A stretch of 64,000 nt of DNA, from NCBI RefSeq assembly GCF_009914755.1, contig NC_060947.1. One strand, 5' to 3'. Position 1 is the first letter of the stretch, and the number at the start of each line of letters is the position of its first letter. Made by a program: the position numbers and the translations under genes. Source of the DNA: the human T2T-CHM13v2.0 reference genome, Homo sapiens. Below the pieces are notes generated by a model. The model saw only the letters and a program-made list of their open reading frames with translations, was not told the DNA's origin and ran no database searches. Below are positions 1 to 14,049 of the stretch, one piece after another.

Positions 1-482
1 AGTTAAACATGTGAATGCCTTATGACCCAACAATACTCCTAGGCATTTCTCTCAAGATATACTACCAGAGGACACAAACAAGAAAGTTCATAACAACAAT
101 GTTCATGACAGCAAAATGTGAATACAATCCAATAGTTCATCAACAGTTGACAGGTTAAAGAAATTTTGTCATACTCATATAATGGAATACAATAGAGCAG
201 TAAAACATTTTAATGAATCACAGCTACAGCCATCGCTATGCATGAATCTCCAATATATAATTTTGAGCAACAGAAGCATGTCACTGATGGATATATATAG
301 TATTGCAATATTTATATAAAGTTCAAAGTCAAGTAAATATGAATAATATGTTATTCAGGATTGCACTTATAAGTATTAAAATATTTTTAAAAACCAAGAG
401 AATCACTAATGTAAATTTGAGGATTGTGGTTGCCTCTGCAGTGTAGCACATGTGATGTGATTAGGAAACAATATAAAGGAAC
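1..482 (+). mobile_element. Ancient L1 (L1ME-like) ORF2 end/3' UTR fragment, left part
   Basis: Degenerate L1M 3' motifs: tatgacccaacaatactcctagg, aatggaatacaatagagcagtaaaa, catgaatctc, tttatataaagttcaaa, ggattgtggttgcctctg. It resumes at ~6470 after a younger L1 insertion. Confidence 0.7.
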
Positions 483-483
483 G

Positions 484-2315
484 TTCATTCAAAATGGCTG
501 ACTAGAGTCATCTCTTGCTTTCCTCCTTTACTGAGAAGAACCAAAATAGTTACTAATCATAACTCAAATATATCATCCAAGAGAGAACACTGGAATTCAA
601 TAGATTAAAAAAGTGACTGGAAACACCTAAAACAAGGAAAGAGAGGGAAGAGAGGCAGCCTGCTTGGCTGGAATTGGCTGGGAGCCAGGAAAGACTCTTT
701 AATATAGGGAAAAAGTAAGTGAGACTTCCATAGTGTTCCACATTCTCATCCTGGACTCCTGCAATCCTACTCATGGAAGAACCCCTTGACTCTTGTGGGC
801 CCTAAAACTAACATAGGGAGCTTCCAGGAGATTATGCAATGGCATGGCTATAGAAAAAGAGGTCACACTGGGTCCCAAATATTTCTCAAGGCTGAAATAG
901 CTACAGCAAGGTATCATTTTGAAGCCTAAACCCAAGCAGACTGCACGGTCCTGTGGCTCATTGGCACTGGGGCTGAAGCACCAGCAAAGCATAGGCTGCT
1001 ACTGCTTGAGCTGAGGCATGAGCTAGGAGTGGGCTGTACAGATGGAAGAGAGGTGCAAAGAAACAAGTTGTAAGCTGTCACCACTAGGGATGATGAGTGA
1101 TCACCACTGAAGCTGAGGCACAGGTGAGGTGTGCATTCCCCAACAGCTGGATTAGGCTGCCAACACTGAAAGCTGCACTGGCCTATTCAGTGGCAGAGCT
1201 GCAGTATGCCTGCTACCACACCTAATCCAAGCACTCTACCTGGCAGCTGAGGATAGTCCAGCCCATGCCTACAATGGCTGGTGCCCACACACACCACCAG
1301 GGGCCTGAAGAAAAGTCTGCTGGCCCAGCCTCACTCTCTCATGCCATAGCACACAGTCCAGAGGCCTGATGATTGCCCAGACCAGCCTGCCACCATTGGC
1401 ACCTGAGCAATCCCCCCATGGAACTGAGGCTGGACCTACTCACCCACCAACTACCAACACAACTGGCATCTACCTTCATATTACACCTGTGGGCCTGGAG
1501 ACTGGCCCATATAGTCCATTGCAGCCACCACCAATACCATTATGCACAGTTCTAAACTCAGAGGTTCACCTTGACACTGCTGTTGCCATTACCCACACCA
1601 CACTGTCTGCCCAGGGGCCTGAGAACACGCTCACTCACCTGGCCTACTGTTGCCAATACTGGCATGCAATCAAGCCACCTGGAGGCCCAAGAATCTGCCT
1701 GCCTGGACCAATTGAACTTACTGCCAGCATATGACTCCCTGGGGCCCAAGAATAGGCATGCTCAGCCCACTGTAGTCACCACTGCAACCTGAAGACTGAC
1801 CCACCTGGTATCCTAGTCTCCAGAAAGACTTCACCTCAGCCTCCACTAATAACTGCACCCTAAGTCACCAAGGAAATTACAGATGCTACTGACACTGTTT
1901 AGTCAAATGAATCATACAAATACTGCACTACTGCATGAACCCAGAATCAAACCCAAAGTGCCCTACCCAGCCGACACCATAGATACATCTTGAGAAAAAA
2001 AAATCCTCCTCTATGAAAGCAAATTTAAAAGCTTGGAAGAAGTGACAATCACAACAGATGTGCAGATATCAATGTGAGGACATAGAAAACATCCAAAAAA
2101 GAGAGAAAATATAATATATCCAAAGCAACAAAATAATTCTTCATCAACAGATTCTAATCAAAAAGAAATTTATGAAATTCTGGAAAAGTAATTCAAACTA
2201 TTGCTGTTAAAGGAGTTAAGTAAAATACAAGAAAATTGTGAAAAATAATAAAAAGAAATAAGAAAAAACAATTCTGCACATAAGTAAACAAATTACCAAT
2301 AGAGATCTCTATTTG

Positions 2316-2357
<42 letters not shown>

Positions 2358-5300
2358 CTCATAAAAAAGAACCAAATAGAAATTCTGGAAATGAAGAATT
2401 TATTAAATGTAATACAAAATATATTTGAAAGCTTTAACCATAGACCAGATCAAGTAGAAGAAAAAAATTCTCAAAACTTAAATATAGGTCTTTTGAAATA
2501 ACCAAGTCAGGCGAAAATAAATTTTAAAACACTAAAAAGAATGAGCAAAGCCTTGGAGGCACATGAGACACTACAAAGTGATAAAATATTCAAATTATCA
2601 CTATCCTAGCAGGCAAAAAGAGAACAAAAGATTTAGAAAACCTATATAACAAAATAATAAATAAAACTTCCCAAGTCTAGCAAGTAATTTAGATATCCAG
2701 AAACGAGAAACTCAGATATTCCAAACAGATACAATGAAAAAAAGGATTCTTTACGGCAAATCATATTCAAACTGTCTAAAGTCAAAGACAAAATAGAATT
2801 TTTAAAACAGCAAGAGAAAAACAACTAGCCACCTATAAAGACGCCCCAATTAGGCTAAACGTGGACTTCTCAGCAGAAAACTTACAGGCCAGGAGAGAAT
2901 GAGATGATGTATTCTAAGTGAAAAACAAACAAACAAACAAACAAAAACACTGCCAGTTAAGGATACTATATCCAGAAAAATTATCTTTCATAAATGAAGG
3001 AGAAATACAATCTTTCCCAGACAAGCAAATACTGAGAGAATGCATCACCATTAGATTGGTTCAACAAGAAATGCTCAAGGGTATTCCTAAACCTGGAAGC
3101 AGAACAACATTTACCATCATAAATACACATAAAACTAAACTATAAAGCTAACTGGTAAAGAAAAAATACAAATAGGTACAAGGAAAGACTGAAATGGTAC
3201 TATTAAAGACAACCACCAAATCACAGTGATAAACAAGGAGAAAAAGAAAGTTACAAAGTACATAAACAACAACCAGAAAATAATCAGCAATATGACATAA
3301 ATGAAACCTCACATATTAATAATAACCTTGAGTATAAATGAATTAACTTTTCTCCACTTAAGATATAGACTGAATGTATAATAGGACATGATGCAACTAC
3401 ATGCTGCTTACAAGAAATGCACTTTACCTGTGAAGACACATATAGACTCAAAGTAAAGGGATGGAAAATGACATTTCATGCAAACAGAAACCAAAAGTGA
3501 GTAGGATTAGCTCTACATGTATCAGATAAGACAGAATTTAAGTCAACAACAGTAAAAAAAAAAAAAAAAAAGGACAAAGAAAAACATTATGTAGTGATAA
3601 AGGTATCAATTCAACAAGAGGATGCAACAAATCTAAGTATATATGTACCTAATTCTGGAACACCTAGATTCATGAAGCAAATAGTCCTAGACTCAATAAG
3701 ATAGATGGACTCTAATACTATAATAGAAGAGACTTCAACACCCCACCTTCAGCATTAGACAGATTATCTACATGGACATTCAACAAAGAAATATTGTATT
3801 TAAACAGAACTTTAGACCAAATAGACCTAGCAGACATTTACAAAAAATATTAACCAACAACAGAATACATATTCTTCTAGCCAGCACGTGGAACATTCAT
3901 CAGAATAGACTATATGTTAGGCCACAAAAAAAGTCTGAACAAATTTTTAAAAATCAAAATCACATCAAGTATAGTCTCAGACCACACTAAAATAAAACTA
4001 GAAATCAATACTGAGAGAAATGTTGGAAACTCCAAGTACATGCAAATTAAACAACATGCTCCTAAACGGCCATTGGCTCAATGAAGAAATTAAGACAGAA
4101 ATCAAAAAAAGCATTGAAACAAATAAAAATGGAAACAAGATATATCAAAAAGTATGAGATATAGCATAAGCTGTGCTAAGAGGGAAGATTATAGCAATAA
4201 ACTGATACATCAAAAAAGTACAAAGATTTCAAGAAAACAATGTAATGATGCACCTCAAGGAACTAGAAAAGCAAGAATAAACTGAATCCAAATTAGCAGA
4301 ATACAAGAAATCATAAAAATCAGAGTAGAACTAAACAAAACAAGAAATAAAAATAAAAAGGATCAATGAAACAAAAAATTATTTTTTCAAAAAGACAAAT
4401 AAAATTGATAAACTGCTAGCTAGACTAAATGAGAAGAGGGAAGACCAAAATAAACAAAATCAAAAATAGAAAAGGCAATATTTCAACGGATACCACAGAA
4501 ATACAAAAGATTTTTAGACACGATTATGAATAATTATCTGCCAATAAACTGGAAAACCTAGAGGAAATGGATAATTTTCTTGATGCATACAACCTACCAG
4601 GATTGAATCAGGAGAAATACAAAACCTGAACAAATAAATAATGAGTAGCGAGGTTGAATCAACAATATAATGTCTTCCAACAAAGAAAAGTTCAGGATCA
4701 GATGAATTCACTGCCACATTCTACCAAACATGTAAGGAAGAAATAATAGCAATCCTCCTGAAACTATTCCAAAAAAATTGAGGGGGAAGAAATTCTCCCT
4801 AACTCATTCTAAAAAGCCAGCATTATCGTTATACCAAAACCAGAGAAGTACACAACAACAACAAACCACAGGCCAAAATTCCTGATGAACATCGATGCAA
4901 AAATCTTTAGCAAAGTACTGGAAAGCTGAATCCAACAACAAATCAAAAAGATAATACACCATGATCAAGTGGGATTTTTACCAGCAATGCAAAGGTGGTT
5001 CGACATGCAAAAATCAATGAATGTGATACATCACATCAAGAGAATGAAGGTCAAAAACTGTATCATCATCTCAATAGACACAGAAAAAGCATTCGATAAC
5101 ATTCAACATCCCTTCATGATAAAAATTCTCAACAAACTAGGCATAGAGGGAACCTACTTCAAAATAATAAAGGCAACAGATGACAAATCTACAGCAAACA
5201 TCATACTGAGTGGGGAAAACATGAAAGCCTTTCTTCTAAAACTAGAACAAAACAAGGATGCCCACTTTTACCACTACTATTCAACATAGTACTGGAAGTT

Positions 5301-6465
5301 CTAGGAAAAAAAAAAAACAGGCAAGAGAAAGAAATAAAAGGCATCCAATAGAAAAACAGTAAGTTAAACTGTCCCTCGTTGCAGATGATATGATCTTATA
5401 TTTAGGATAACCAAAAAACTGTACTAAAACATTCTTAAAACTGATAAATTTAGTAAAATTGCAAATTACAAAATTCACATGCGAAAATTAGTAGCCTTTC
5501 TTCACATCAACGTTGAAATAGCCAGAAAAAAATAATCAAGAAGACAGCTCCATTTACAATGAAACAAAAAGTAAAATATTTAAGGATAAAGTTAACCAAG
5601 GAGGAGAAAGATTTCAACAAGGAAAACTACAAAATGCTAAGGAAAAAATTTGAAGATGACACAAAGAAATGGAAAGACACCCCATGCTCATGAATTCAAA
5701 GATTAACATTACTGAAATAACCATAGTGCTGAAAGCAATCTACAGATTTAATGCAATTCCTATTAAAACACCAGTGTCATTTTTATAGAATTAGAACAAA
5801 ATCCTAAGTTTTTTTATAAAATAAAAATAATTCAGAATAATCAATGCAATCCTGAGGAAAAAGAACAAAGCTAGAGGTATCACACTATTTGACTTCGAAA
5901 TACAAAATAAGGCTACAGTAACCAAAACAGCATACGATTGGTACGAAAAAGACACATAGATCAATGGAACAGAATAGAGAACCTAGAAATAATGCCACAT
6001 ATTTACAGCCAATTGATCTTTGACAAGCCTGTCAAGAACACGCATTAGTGAATGAGAAAGAAATAGAAGGTACCCACTTCAATAAGTGATGCTGGGAAAA
6101 CTGGAAACCCATATGAAGAAAAATGAAAATGGAGATAGAGATTCGAATGATAGATACTAGAGGCTAGGAAGGGGGTGTGGATGGCAGGGGGATGAAAAGA
6201 GTTTTGTTAATGTGTAAAAGTGTACAGTTAGGCAGAACAAATAAATTGTGATGTTTAGTAGTAGAGTCACTACAGTTAGCAAGAATATGTTGTGTACTTC
6301 AAAGTAGGTAGAAGATTTGAAATGTTACCAACATGTGAAATGATACTCAAGGTGATGGATATTCCAAATACCCTGACTTGATCATAATACATTTTATGCA
6401 TGTAACAAATACTCACAGGTATCCCAAAAATATGTAAAATATTATGTATCAATAAAAGAAAAAAA
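484..6465 (+). mobile_element. Near full-length L1, L1PB4-like, with ~1 kb internal deletion near the 3' end; ORF1 and ORF2 decayed
   Basis: 5' end ttcaaaatggctgactag and a GC-richer 5' UTR to ~2000. ORF1 remnant (QLRILYPEKLSFINEGEIQSFPDKQ). ORF2 from ~3292 with RT remnant ([21 protein letters not shown]). 3' tail ...accctgacttgatcataatacatt...tatgtatcaataaaa plus A-tract. Degenerate TSD atataaaggaac / aaataaagggac. Confidence 0.9.
2318..2357. repeat. (CA)n(TA)n compound microsatellite inside L1 ORF1
   Basis: About 15 CA units followed by about 5 TA units, read directly. Confidence 0.97.
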
Positions 6466-6469
6466 TAAA

Positions 6470-6602
6470 GGGACACTACATTACTGGTATTCTTCAGTTT
6501 CTTAAGCTGGAGCAGGGAACTTGGACGTTCTTGATTTTTATCATTCTACAGACTACACAATGCATTGCACTTTTTTGCATTTAATTAATAGTAAAATAAA
6601 AT
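6470..6602 (+). mobile_element. Ancient L1 (L1ME-like) 3' terminus, right part of the element at 1-482
   Basis: ttactggtattcttcagtttcttaagctgg...ttttatcattctacagactacac...aataaa resembles the L1ME 3' end and continues the sequence broken at ~482. Confidence 0.55.
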
Positions 6603-9600
6603 TATAGTATCCGCCTCTTGCCTTCCAATTCAAATCAAAAGTTTCTGGCATGTTTTCTAGGCCCTAAATAATCTGATCATTCTCTACCAAATTATTTTCT
6701 ACTATTTCCTGGCATTTAGCTTACCTTCCATGTATTTCTTATGCTATTTCTCTTACCTTGAATATTCTCATTTCTTCCCATCTAAACCAAACCCACTATA
6801 TTTTTATGAAAATATTTTTATTTATATTTAAAATTTAAAAATATAGATCACAAAATGACAGACTAGACATAGACAGGAAGAGCTTCTCCCACCAACAGAC
6901 AAACCATGAATAAGACTGGCACACTCTGGACAGATATTTAAAAAGAGGCATTGAGAATGGACAGGTGGAAGCTGGAGTACCTGAGCTGAAAGGGGAAGAA
7001 ACTGAGAACTCTGCAGAGGGTTGTTGAGCACCAGGATTATTCCTGGCCCTGAGTGGCTCCTGGGGAAAGGGTGAGTAAAATAGGCATGGAGTGGCATATT
7101 CTCACCATGGAAGTCTAGAATTATAGCTACAGGAGACTCCATAACTGCCATGGACATTTGAGCTGGCATGGAGAACTTTCTGGAGAGTTGGCAGAGACAG
7201 ATCTCCAGCCTGCATGCAGCTCAGAGGGGTTCCTTTGGAAGAGTTTACAGTGGAGCACAGTCATGAGTACCCATCCCCCAAGGCTTGCCATATTCCTCTA
7301 AGTAGCTTTAGACTTCGTTTGCTGCCAGACCTTGACAGAGCAGGGCTATCTTGCCTATGAGATGGAGCCATGCTGATTTGAACACTTCCTGGTCTCCTGG
7401 TCTGTCCCAGGATCCCTGCCTGGCTGCACAAGCTTGCAGCATGGCCTCTGCTCCTGAGGTGAGTCAAGTGCTAGTGGCTACCACCATAGCTCGTTCTCCA
7501 GCAGACCCCACCTAACAGTCAGAGAACTTCTGCGGGTATGCCTCTTCTGGTGCATACTCACCTGCAGCCCTCCACTGCCAGTGTGCACTCACCCACAGAC
7601 TCCTTCCAAGGTTTTGCTGGTGCACAAATATGCACTGAACCCACTATGCCTTGTCACGCAACTACCCTGTCAAAGTGCTTTTGCCTGCGCCCCCCATTGG
7701 AGTGTTGTTCCTACCAGACTGGGAACAGTTTGGCCCCTCAAGCACAGCAGGTGCTTAAACTCAAGAAGCCAGAGGAAAAAACCTTGGGCCTTGTCCCAGC
7801 CCTCCACGGTTAGAGCACGCAGCCCAGGAGTGCTGAGCTGAGCCTTGGCCCCTTGAAATCATCCAGAAATTAAGCCAATTTACTAAACCCATCTCATACC
7901 ACTGTTAAACCCTCAAGGGCATCAAAGAAAATAAAAGCAAAAAGCCACATCCGAAGGACAACAACTTCAAAGATTAAAGGAACATCAGCCCACACAGATG
8001 ACAAACAACCAGTGCAAGAACTCTGGCAACTCTAAAAGGTAGAATGTCTTCCTGTCTCCAAATGACTGCACTAGCTCCCCAGTAATGGTTTTAACCAGAT
8101 TGAAATGGCTGAAATGACAGGAATAGAACTCAGAATCTGGATGACAGTGAAGATCATCTAGATCCAGTAGAAAGTTGAAACCCAATCCAAGAAATCTAGG
8201 GAAACCAATAAAATGATACAAGAGCTGAAAGATGAACTAGCCATTTTAAGAAAGAACAAAACTGATCTTCTAGAGCTAAGACACTACAGGAATTTCATAA
8301 TATGATAAGAAGTATTAACAGCAAAATAACCAGGATAATTAAAGAATCTTACAGCTCAAAGACCAGTTCTTCAAATCAACTTAGTGAGACAAAAATAAAG
8401 AAAAAATGAACAAACCCTCTGAGAAATATAAAATTATATTAGAGACCAAACCTAGGATTCATTGGCATCCCAGAATGAGAGAGAGAGAGAGATCAAACAA
8501 CTAGGAAAACATATTTGAGAATATTGTCCAGAAAAATTTCGCCAACCTCACCAGAGAGGTTGACATGAAAATTCAGAAAATTCAGACAACCTTAGTGAGA
8601 CACTACATAAGGCAACCATCTCCAAGAAACATACCAGCCAAATTACACAAGGTCAATCTAAAACAAAAAAATATTAAAGGCAGTTAGAGAGAAGGGGCAA
8701 GTCAGCTATGAAGGGAACCCCATCAGGCTAACAGTGGACCTTTTAGTAGAAACCTTACAGGTCAGAAAAGATTTGGGGTCCATATTCAGCACTTTGAAAG
8801 AAATAATATTCCAACCAATAATTTTAATAATATTCAGTCAAACTAAGCTTCTATGTGAAGGAGAAATAAAATCTTTTTCAGATAAGCAAGTGCTAAGGGG
8901 ATTCATTACCACCAGACCTGCCTTGTCAGAGAGTGAGGTAAGGGACTCACTCAAGGGCGTGATAAACATGGAGGGAAAAGACTGTTACCTGCCATCACAG
9001 AAATACACTTAAGCATATAGCCCACAGGCAATATAAAACAACTGTACAATTAGGTCTACATAGCAACTAGCTAAAAACATAATGACAGGACCAAATCCTC
9101 ACATGTCACTATTAACTTCGAATGTAAATGGGCTAAACACCCCACTGAAAAGTCACAGAGTGGCAAGTTGGATAAAGAAGCAAGACCCAACTGTATGCTG
9201 TATTCAAGAGACCCATCTCACTTGCAGTGACACTGATAAGGATCAAAGTAAAGTGATAAAGAAAAATCTACCAAGCAAATGGAAACAAAACAAAACAGAA
9301 AAAAGTAGCATTGCTATTCTAATTTTAGACAAAATAGACTAAATCAACAATGGTAAAAAAAAGACAAAGAGGGGCATTACCTAATGATAAAGGGTTCAAT
9401 TCAATAAAAATACTTAATTATCCTAAACATATATGCACCTAATGCTGGAGCACCCAGATTCACAAAGAAAGTTCTTAGAGACCTACAAAGGGACTTAGAT
9501 AACCACACAATAATAGTGACAGACTTCAAAACCCCACTGAGAGTGTTACATAGATCATTAAGGCAGAAAACTAACAAAGATATTTAGGATCTAAACTTGA

Positions 9601-12600
9601 CACTTGATCAAATGGACCTAGCAGATATCTACAGAACACTCCATCCAAAACATCAGAGTATACATTTGTCTCATCTGCACACAGCACATACACTAAGATC
9701 AACCACATGCTGGGCCATAAAGCAATTCTCAACAAATTTAGGAAAACCAAAATCATATCAACCACAGTCTTGGACCACAGTGCAATAAAAATACAAAGCA
9801 ATGCCAAGAACATATCTCAAAACCATACAATTGCATTAACATTAAATAACCTGCTCCTGAATGACTTTTGAGTAAAGAATGAAATTAATGCCAAAATCAA
9901 GAAATTTCTTGAGAAATTTTTTGAAACTATCGAAAACAAAGATACAGCATACCAGAATATCTGGGACACAGCTAAAGCAGTGTTAGGGAGAAAGTTTATA
10001 GTGCTAAATACATCCATTAAAAAGAAAGTTCTCAAATTGACAATCTAACATCATGCCTACTGGACCCAGAAAAACAAGAGCAAACTAACCCCAAAGCTAG
10101 CGGAAGAAAATAAATAACCAAAATTAGAGATGAACTGAATAAAACTGGCACATGAGAATCCATACAACTAACCAATGAAACCAAGCTTGGATTCTTTAAA
10201 AGGATAAAATGACATTGATAGAGAGATAACTAGAATAATAAAAAAAGAAAAGATCCAAATAAAGACAATAAAAAATTACAAAGGTGACTTTACCACCAAC
10301 CCCACAGAAATACAAAAATCCTGTATAGATTATTACAAACACCTCTATGTGCACAAACTAGAAACCCCAGAAGAAATAGATAAATTTCTGGAAATATACA
10401 ATCTATTAACATTGAATCAGGAAGAAATGGAATACCTGTACAGACCAATAACAAGTTTTGAAATTGAATTAGTAACAAAAATCCTACCAACCAGGAAATG
10501 TCCTGGGACAGACAGATTCATAGCCAAATTCTACCATATATATAAAGAAGAGCTAGTAACAATCCTACTGGAAGTATTCCAAAAGAATTGAGGAGGAGAG
10601 ACTCCTATCTCATCCTATGAGACGAGCATCAGTCTAATACCAAAACCTGGCAGAGACACAACAAAAAAAGAAAACTTCAGGCCAAAACGCCTGACTAATG
10701 TAGATGCAAAAACCCTCAACAAAATATTAGCAAACCAAATCCGACAGCACATCAAAAAGCTAATCTCCCATTATCAAGTAGGCTTTATTCCTGGGATGCA
10801 AGGTTGGTTGAACAGACACAAGTCAATAAGTGTAATTTATCATATAAACAGAGCTAAAAACAAAAACCTCATGATCATCTCAATGGATATAGGAAATTTT
10901 CAATAAAATTCAGCATCCCTTTGTGTTAAAAACCCTCAACAAACTAGGCATTGAAGGAATATACATCAAAATAATAAAAGCCATCTATGTAAAACCCACA
11001 GCCACCATCATACTGAACAAGCAAAAGCTGGAAGCACTCCCTTTGGGAACCAGAACAAGACAAGGATGCCTACACTCATCACTCCTATTCAACATGGTAC
11101 TGGAAGGAAGACCAAACCAGAGAAATCAGGCAAGAGAAAGAAATAAAAGGCAAAATAGAAAGAGAGGAAGCTGAAGTACTTCTCATTATGGATGATATGG
11201 TTCTACACCTAGAAAACCCCATAGTCTCTGCCCAAAGGCTTATAGAACTGATGAACAACTTAAGTAAAGTTTCAGGATAAAAAAATCAATGTACAAACAT
11301 GAGTAGCATCTCTATACACCAATAATGCCTGAGCTGAGCCAAATTCAGAATGCAATCCCATTGATAATAGCCACAAAAATTATAAAATACCTAGGAATAC
11401 AGTTAATCAGGGAGGGGAAAAATTTGTACAATGATAATTATAAAACGCAACTGGAAAAAAATTAAACACTACACAAACAAATGGAAAAACATTCTATGTA
11501 CACAGTTAGGATGAATCAGTATTGTTAAAATGGCCATATTGCCCAAAGCAATTTATAGATTCAATGCTATTCCTATCAAAATATCAACATATTTTTTTCT
11601 CACAGGATTAGAAAAAACCACTCTAAAATTGATACAGAATTAAAAAGGAGCCCAAATAACCAAAGCAATCCTAAGCAAAAGAACAAAGCCAGATACATCA
11701 CATTACTCAACTTCAAACTAGACTATAAGGCTATGGTAACCAAAACAGCATGATACTGATACAAAAACAGTCACATAAACCAATGGAATGGATTAGATAA
11801 CCCTGAAATAGATCCACACATCTACAGCCATCTGATCTTTGACAAAATTGACAATAACAAACAATGGGAAAAGGATTCCCTATTCAATAAATGGTGCTGA
11901 GATAACTGGCTAGCCATATGCAGATGATTGAAACTGGACTGCTTTCTTTCACCATATATAAAAATCAAGTCAAGATGGATTAAATACTGAAATGCAAGAC
12001 CTGAAACTATAAAAATTCTAGAAGAAAACCTAGGTACTACCACTCTGGACATAGAGCAAATATTTCATGACAAAGACTCCAAAAGCAATTGCAACAAAAT
12101 CAAAAATTGACAATTGGGATCTAATTAAATTAAAGAGCTTCTGCATAGCAAAATAAACCACCAAGAGAGTGAACAGACAACCTACAGAATGGGAGGAAAT
12201 ATTTCCATTTGGTGCATCCAATGAAAGTCTAATATCCAGAGTCTATAAGGAACAAGCAAAGAACAATAACCTCATTTAAAAATGGGCAAAGGACATGAAC
12301 AGACACTTCTCAAAAGGAGACATACATGTGGCCAACAAACATAAGGGAAGTGCTCAACATCACTAATTATTAGAGAATTTCAAATCAAAACCACAGTGAG
12401 ATACCACCTCACACCAGTAAGAATGGCTATTAGTTAAAAAGTCAAAAAATGACAGATGTTGGCAAGGTTGCAGAGGAAAAGGAATGTTTGTACATTGCTG
12501 GTGGGAATGTGAATTAGTTAAGCCACTGTGGAGAGCAGTTTGGAAATTTCTCAGAAAACTTAAAACAGAACTACCATTTGACCCAGCAATTCCATTACTG

Positions 12601-12985
12601 GGTATATATCCAGATGAATATAAGTCTTTCTATCACAGTGATCCATGCACACATATGTTCATCTCAACACTACTCGCAATAGCAAAGGCAGAGAATCAAC
12701 TTAGATGCCTATAAATGGAGGAGTGGATTAAGAAAATGTGGTACATACACTCTATGGAATATATTACACATCCATAAAAAAGAATGAAACCATATTATTT
12801 GCAGCACCATGGATGCAGCTGAAGGTCGTTATCCCAAGCAAATTAATGCAGGAATAGATAACCAAATACTGTATATTCTCACTTATCAGTAGGAGCTAAA
12901 TTTTAAGTATACATGGATATAAAGAGGGGAACAATAGACACTAGGGCTTACTTGAGGGTAGAGGATGGAAAGGGGGTGAGGTTAG

Positions 12986-13387
12986 TTTCATGAGCGTCCG
13001 TGTGAAGAGACCACCAAACAGGATTTTTGTGAGCAATAAAGCTTTTAATCACCTGGGTGCAGGCATACTGAGTCCGAAAAGAGAGTCAACAAAGGGAGAT
13101 AGGGGTGGGGCCCTTTTATAGGATTTGGGTAGGTAAAGGAAAAAGGGGGGTTGTTCTCTGGCAGGCAGGAGTGGGGGTCACAAGGTGCACAGTAGGGGAG
13201 CTTTTGAGCCAGGATGAGCCAGGAGAAGGAATTTCACAAGATAATGTCATCAGTTAAGGCAGGAACAGGCCATTTTCCTTTCTTTTGTGGTGGAATGTCA
13301 TCAGTTAAGGCAGGAACCGGCCATCTGGATGTGTATGTGCAGGTCACAGGGGATATGATGGCTTAGCTTGGGCTCAGAGGCCTGACA
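12986..13387 (-). repeat. HERV-H 3' LTR (LTR7)
   Basis: 402 bp with 12 substitutions versus the 5' LTR (counted by eye). Minus-strand ATTAAA poly(A) signal at 13044-13049. Preceded on the minus strand by the purine-rich PPT aagaagacaggaa (13388-13400). Confidence 0.97.
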
Positions 13388-13399
13388 TTCCTGTCTTCT

Positions 13400-13980
13400 T
13401 ATATTAATAAGAAAAATAAAATGAAATAGTGGTAAAGTGTTGGGACAGCAAAAATTTTGGGGGGATGGTATGGAGAGATAATGGGCGATGTTTCTCAGGG
13501 CTGCTTCGAGCAGGATTAGGGGCAGTGTGGGAACCTAGAGTGGGAGAGATTAAGCTGAAGGAAGATTTTGTGGTAAGGGGTGATATTGTGGGACTGTTAG
13601 AAGAAACATTTGTCATTTAGAATTATTGGTGATGGCCTGGATATGGTTTTGTATGAATTGAAAAACTAAACAGAATAAGAGAAGGAGAAAAACAGGTACT
13701 AAAGGTCTAAGAATTGGGAGGACCTAGGACATTTAATTAGAGAGTGCCTAAGGAGATTCAGCATAGTCCTGCCAGCAAAGATTATTTATTTACTTTAAGA
13801 GTTAACAATGGCAGTTTGGGGATAGCACCAGGAGATATCAGCTGTGATGGCTTGGAGAAACAGTGTAAACCGGCAGTGTAAACAAGAGCAGGGCATGTAT
13901 GAATAGTTGAGAATGGTGAATAGGAGTATGACCAGACAGAAGATAGTAGGGATGACAAGTTTTTTGGGGCACAGTCCAAG
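13400..13980 (-). pseudogene. env: HERV-H env remnant (short C-terminal TM-region fragment) and 3' untranslated region
   Basis: It lies between pol and the PPT, with only ~0.6 kb left for env. The sequence resembles the common env-deleted HERV-H form and has no long ORF. Confidence 0.55.
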
Positions 13981-14049
13981 TTGGTCTGGTGTCTGGAATG
14001 AGACTGGGGCCTAATAAAAAGGAGCGTCCATATAGGAGCTTAAATGGGC

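Noticed and set aside
9082-12714. Possible retrotransposition-competent L1
   Set aside because: ORF2 is broken into many short frames by stops and frameshifts. The same holds for every L1 in the window.
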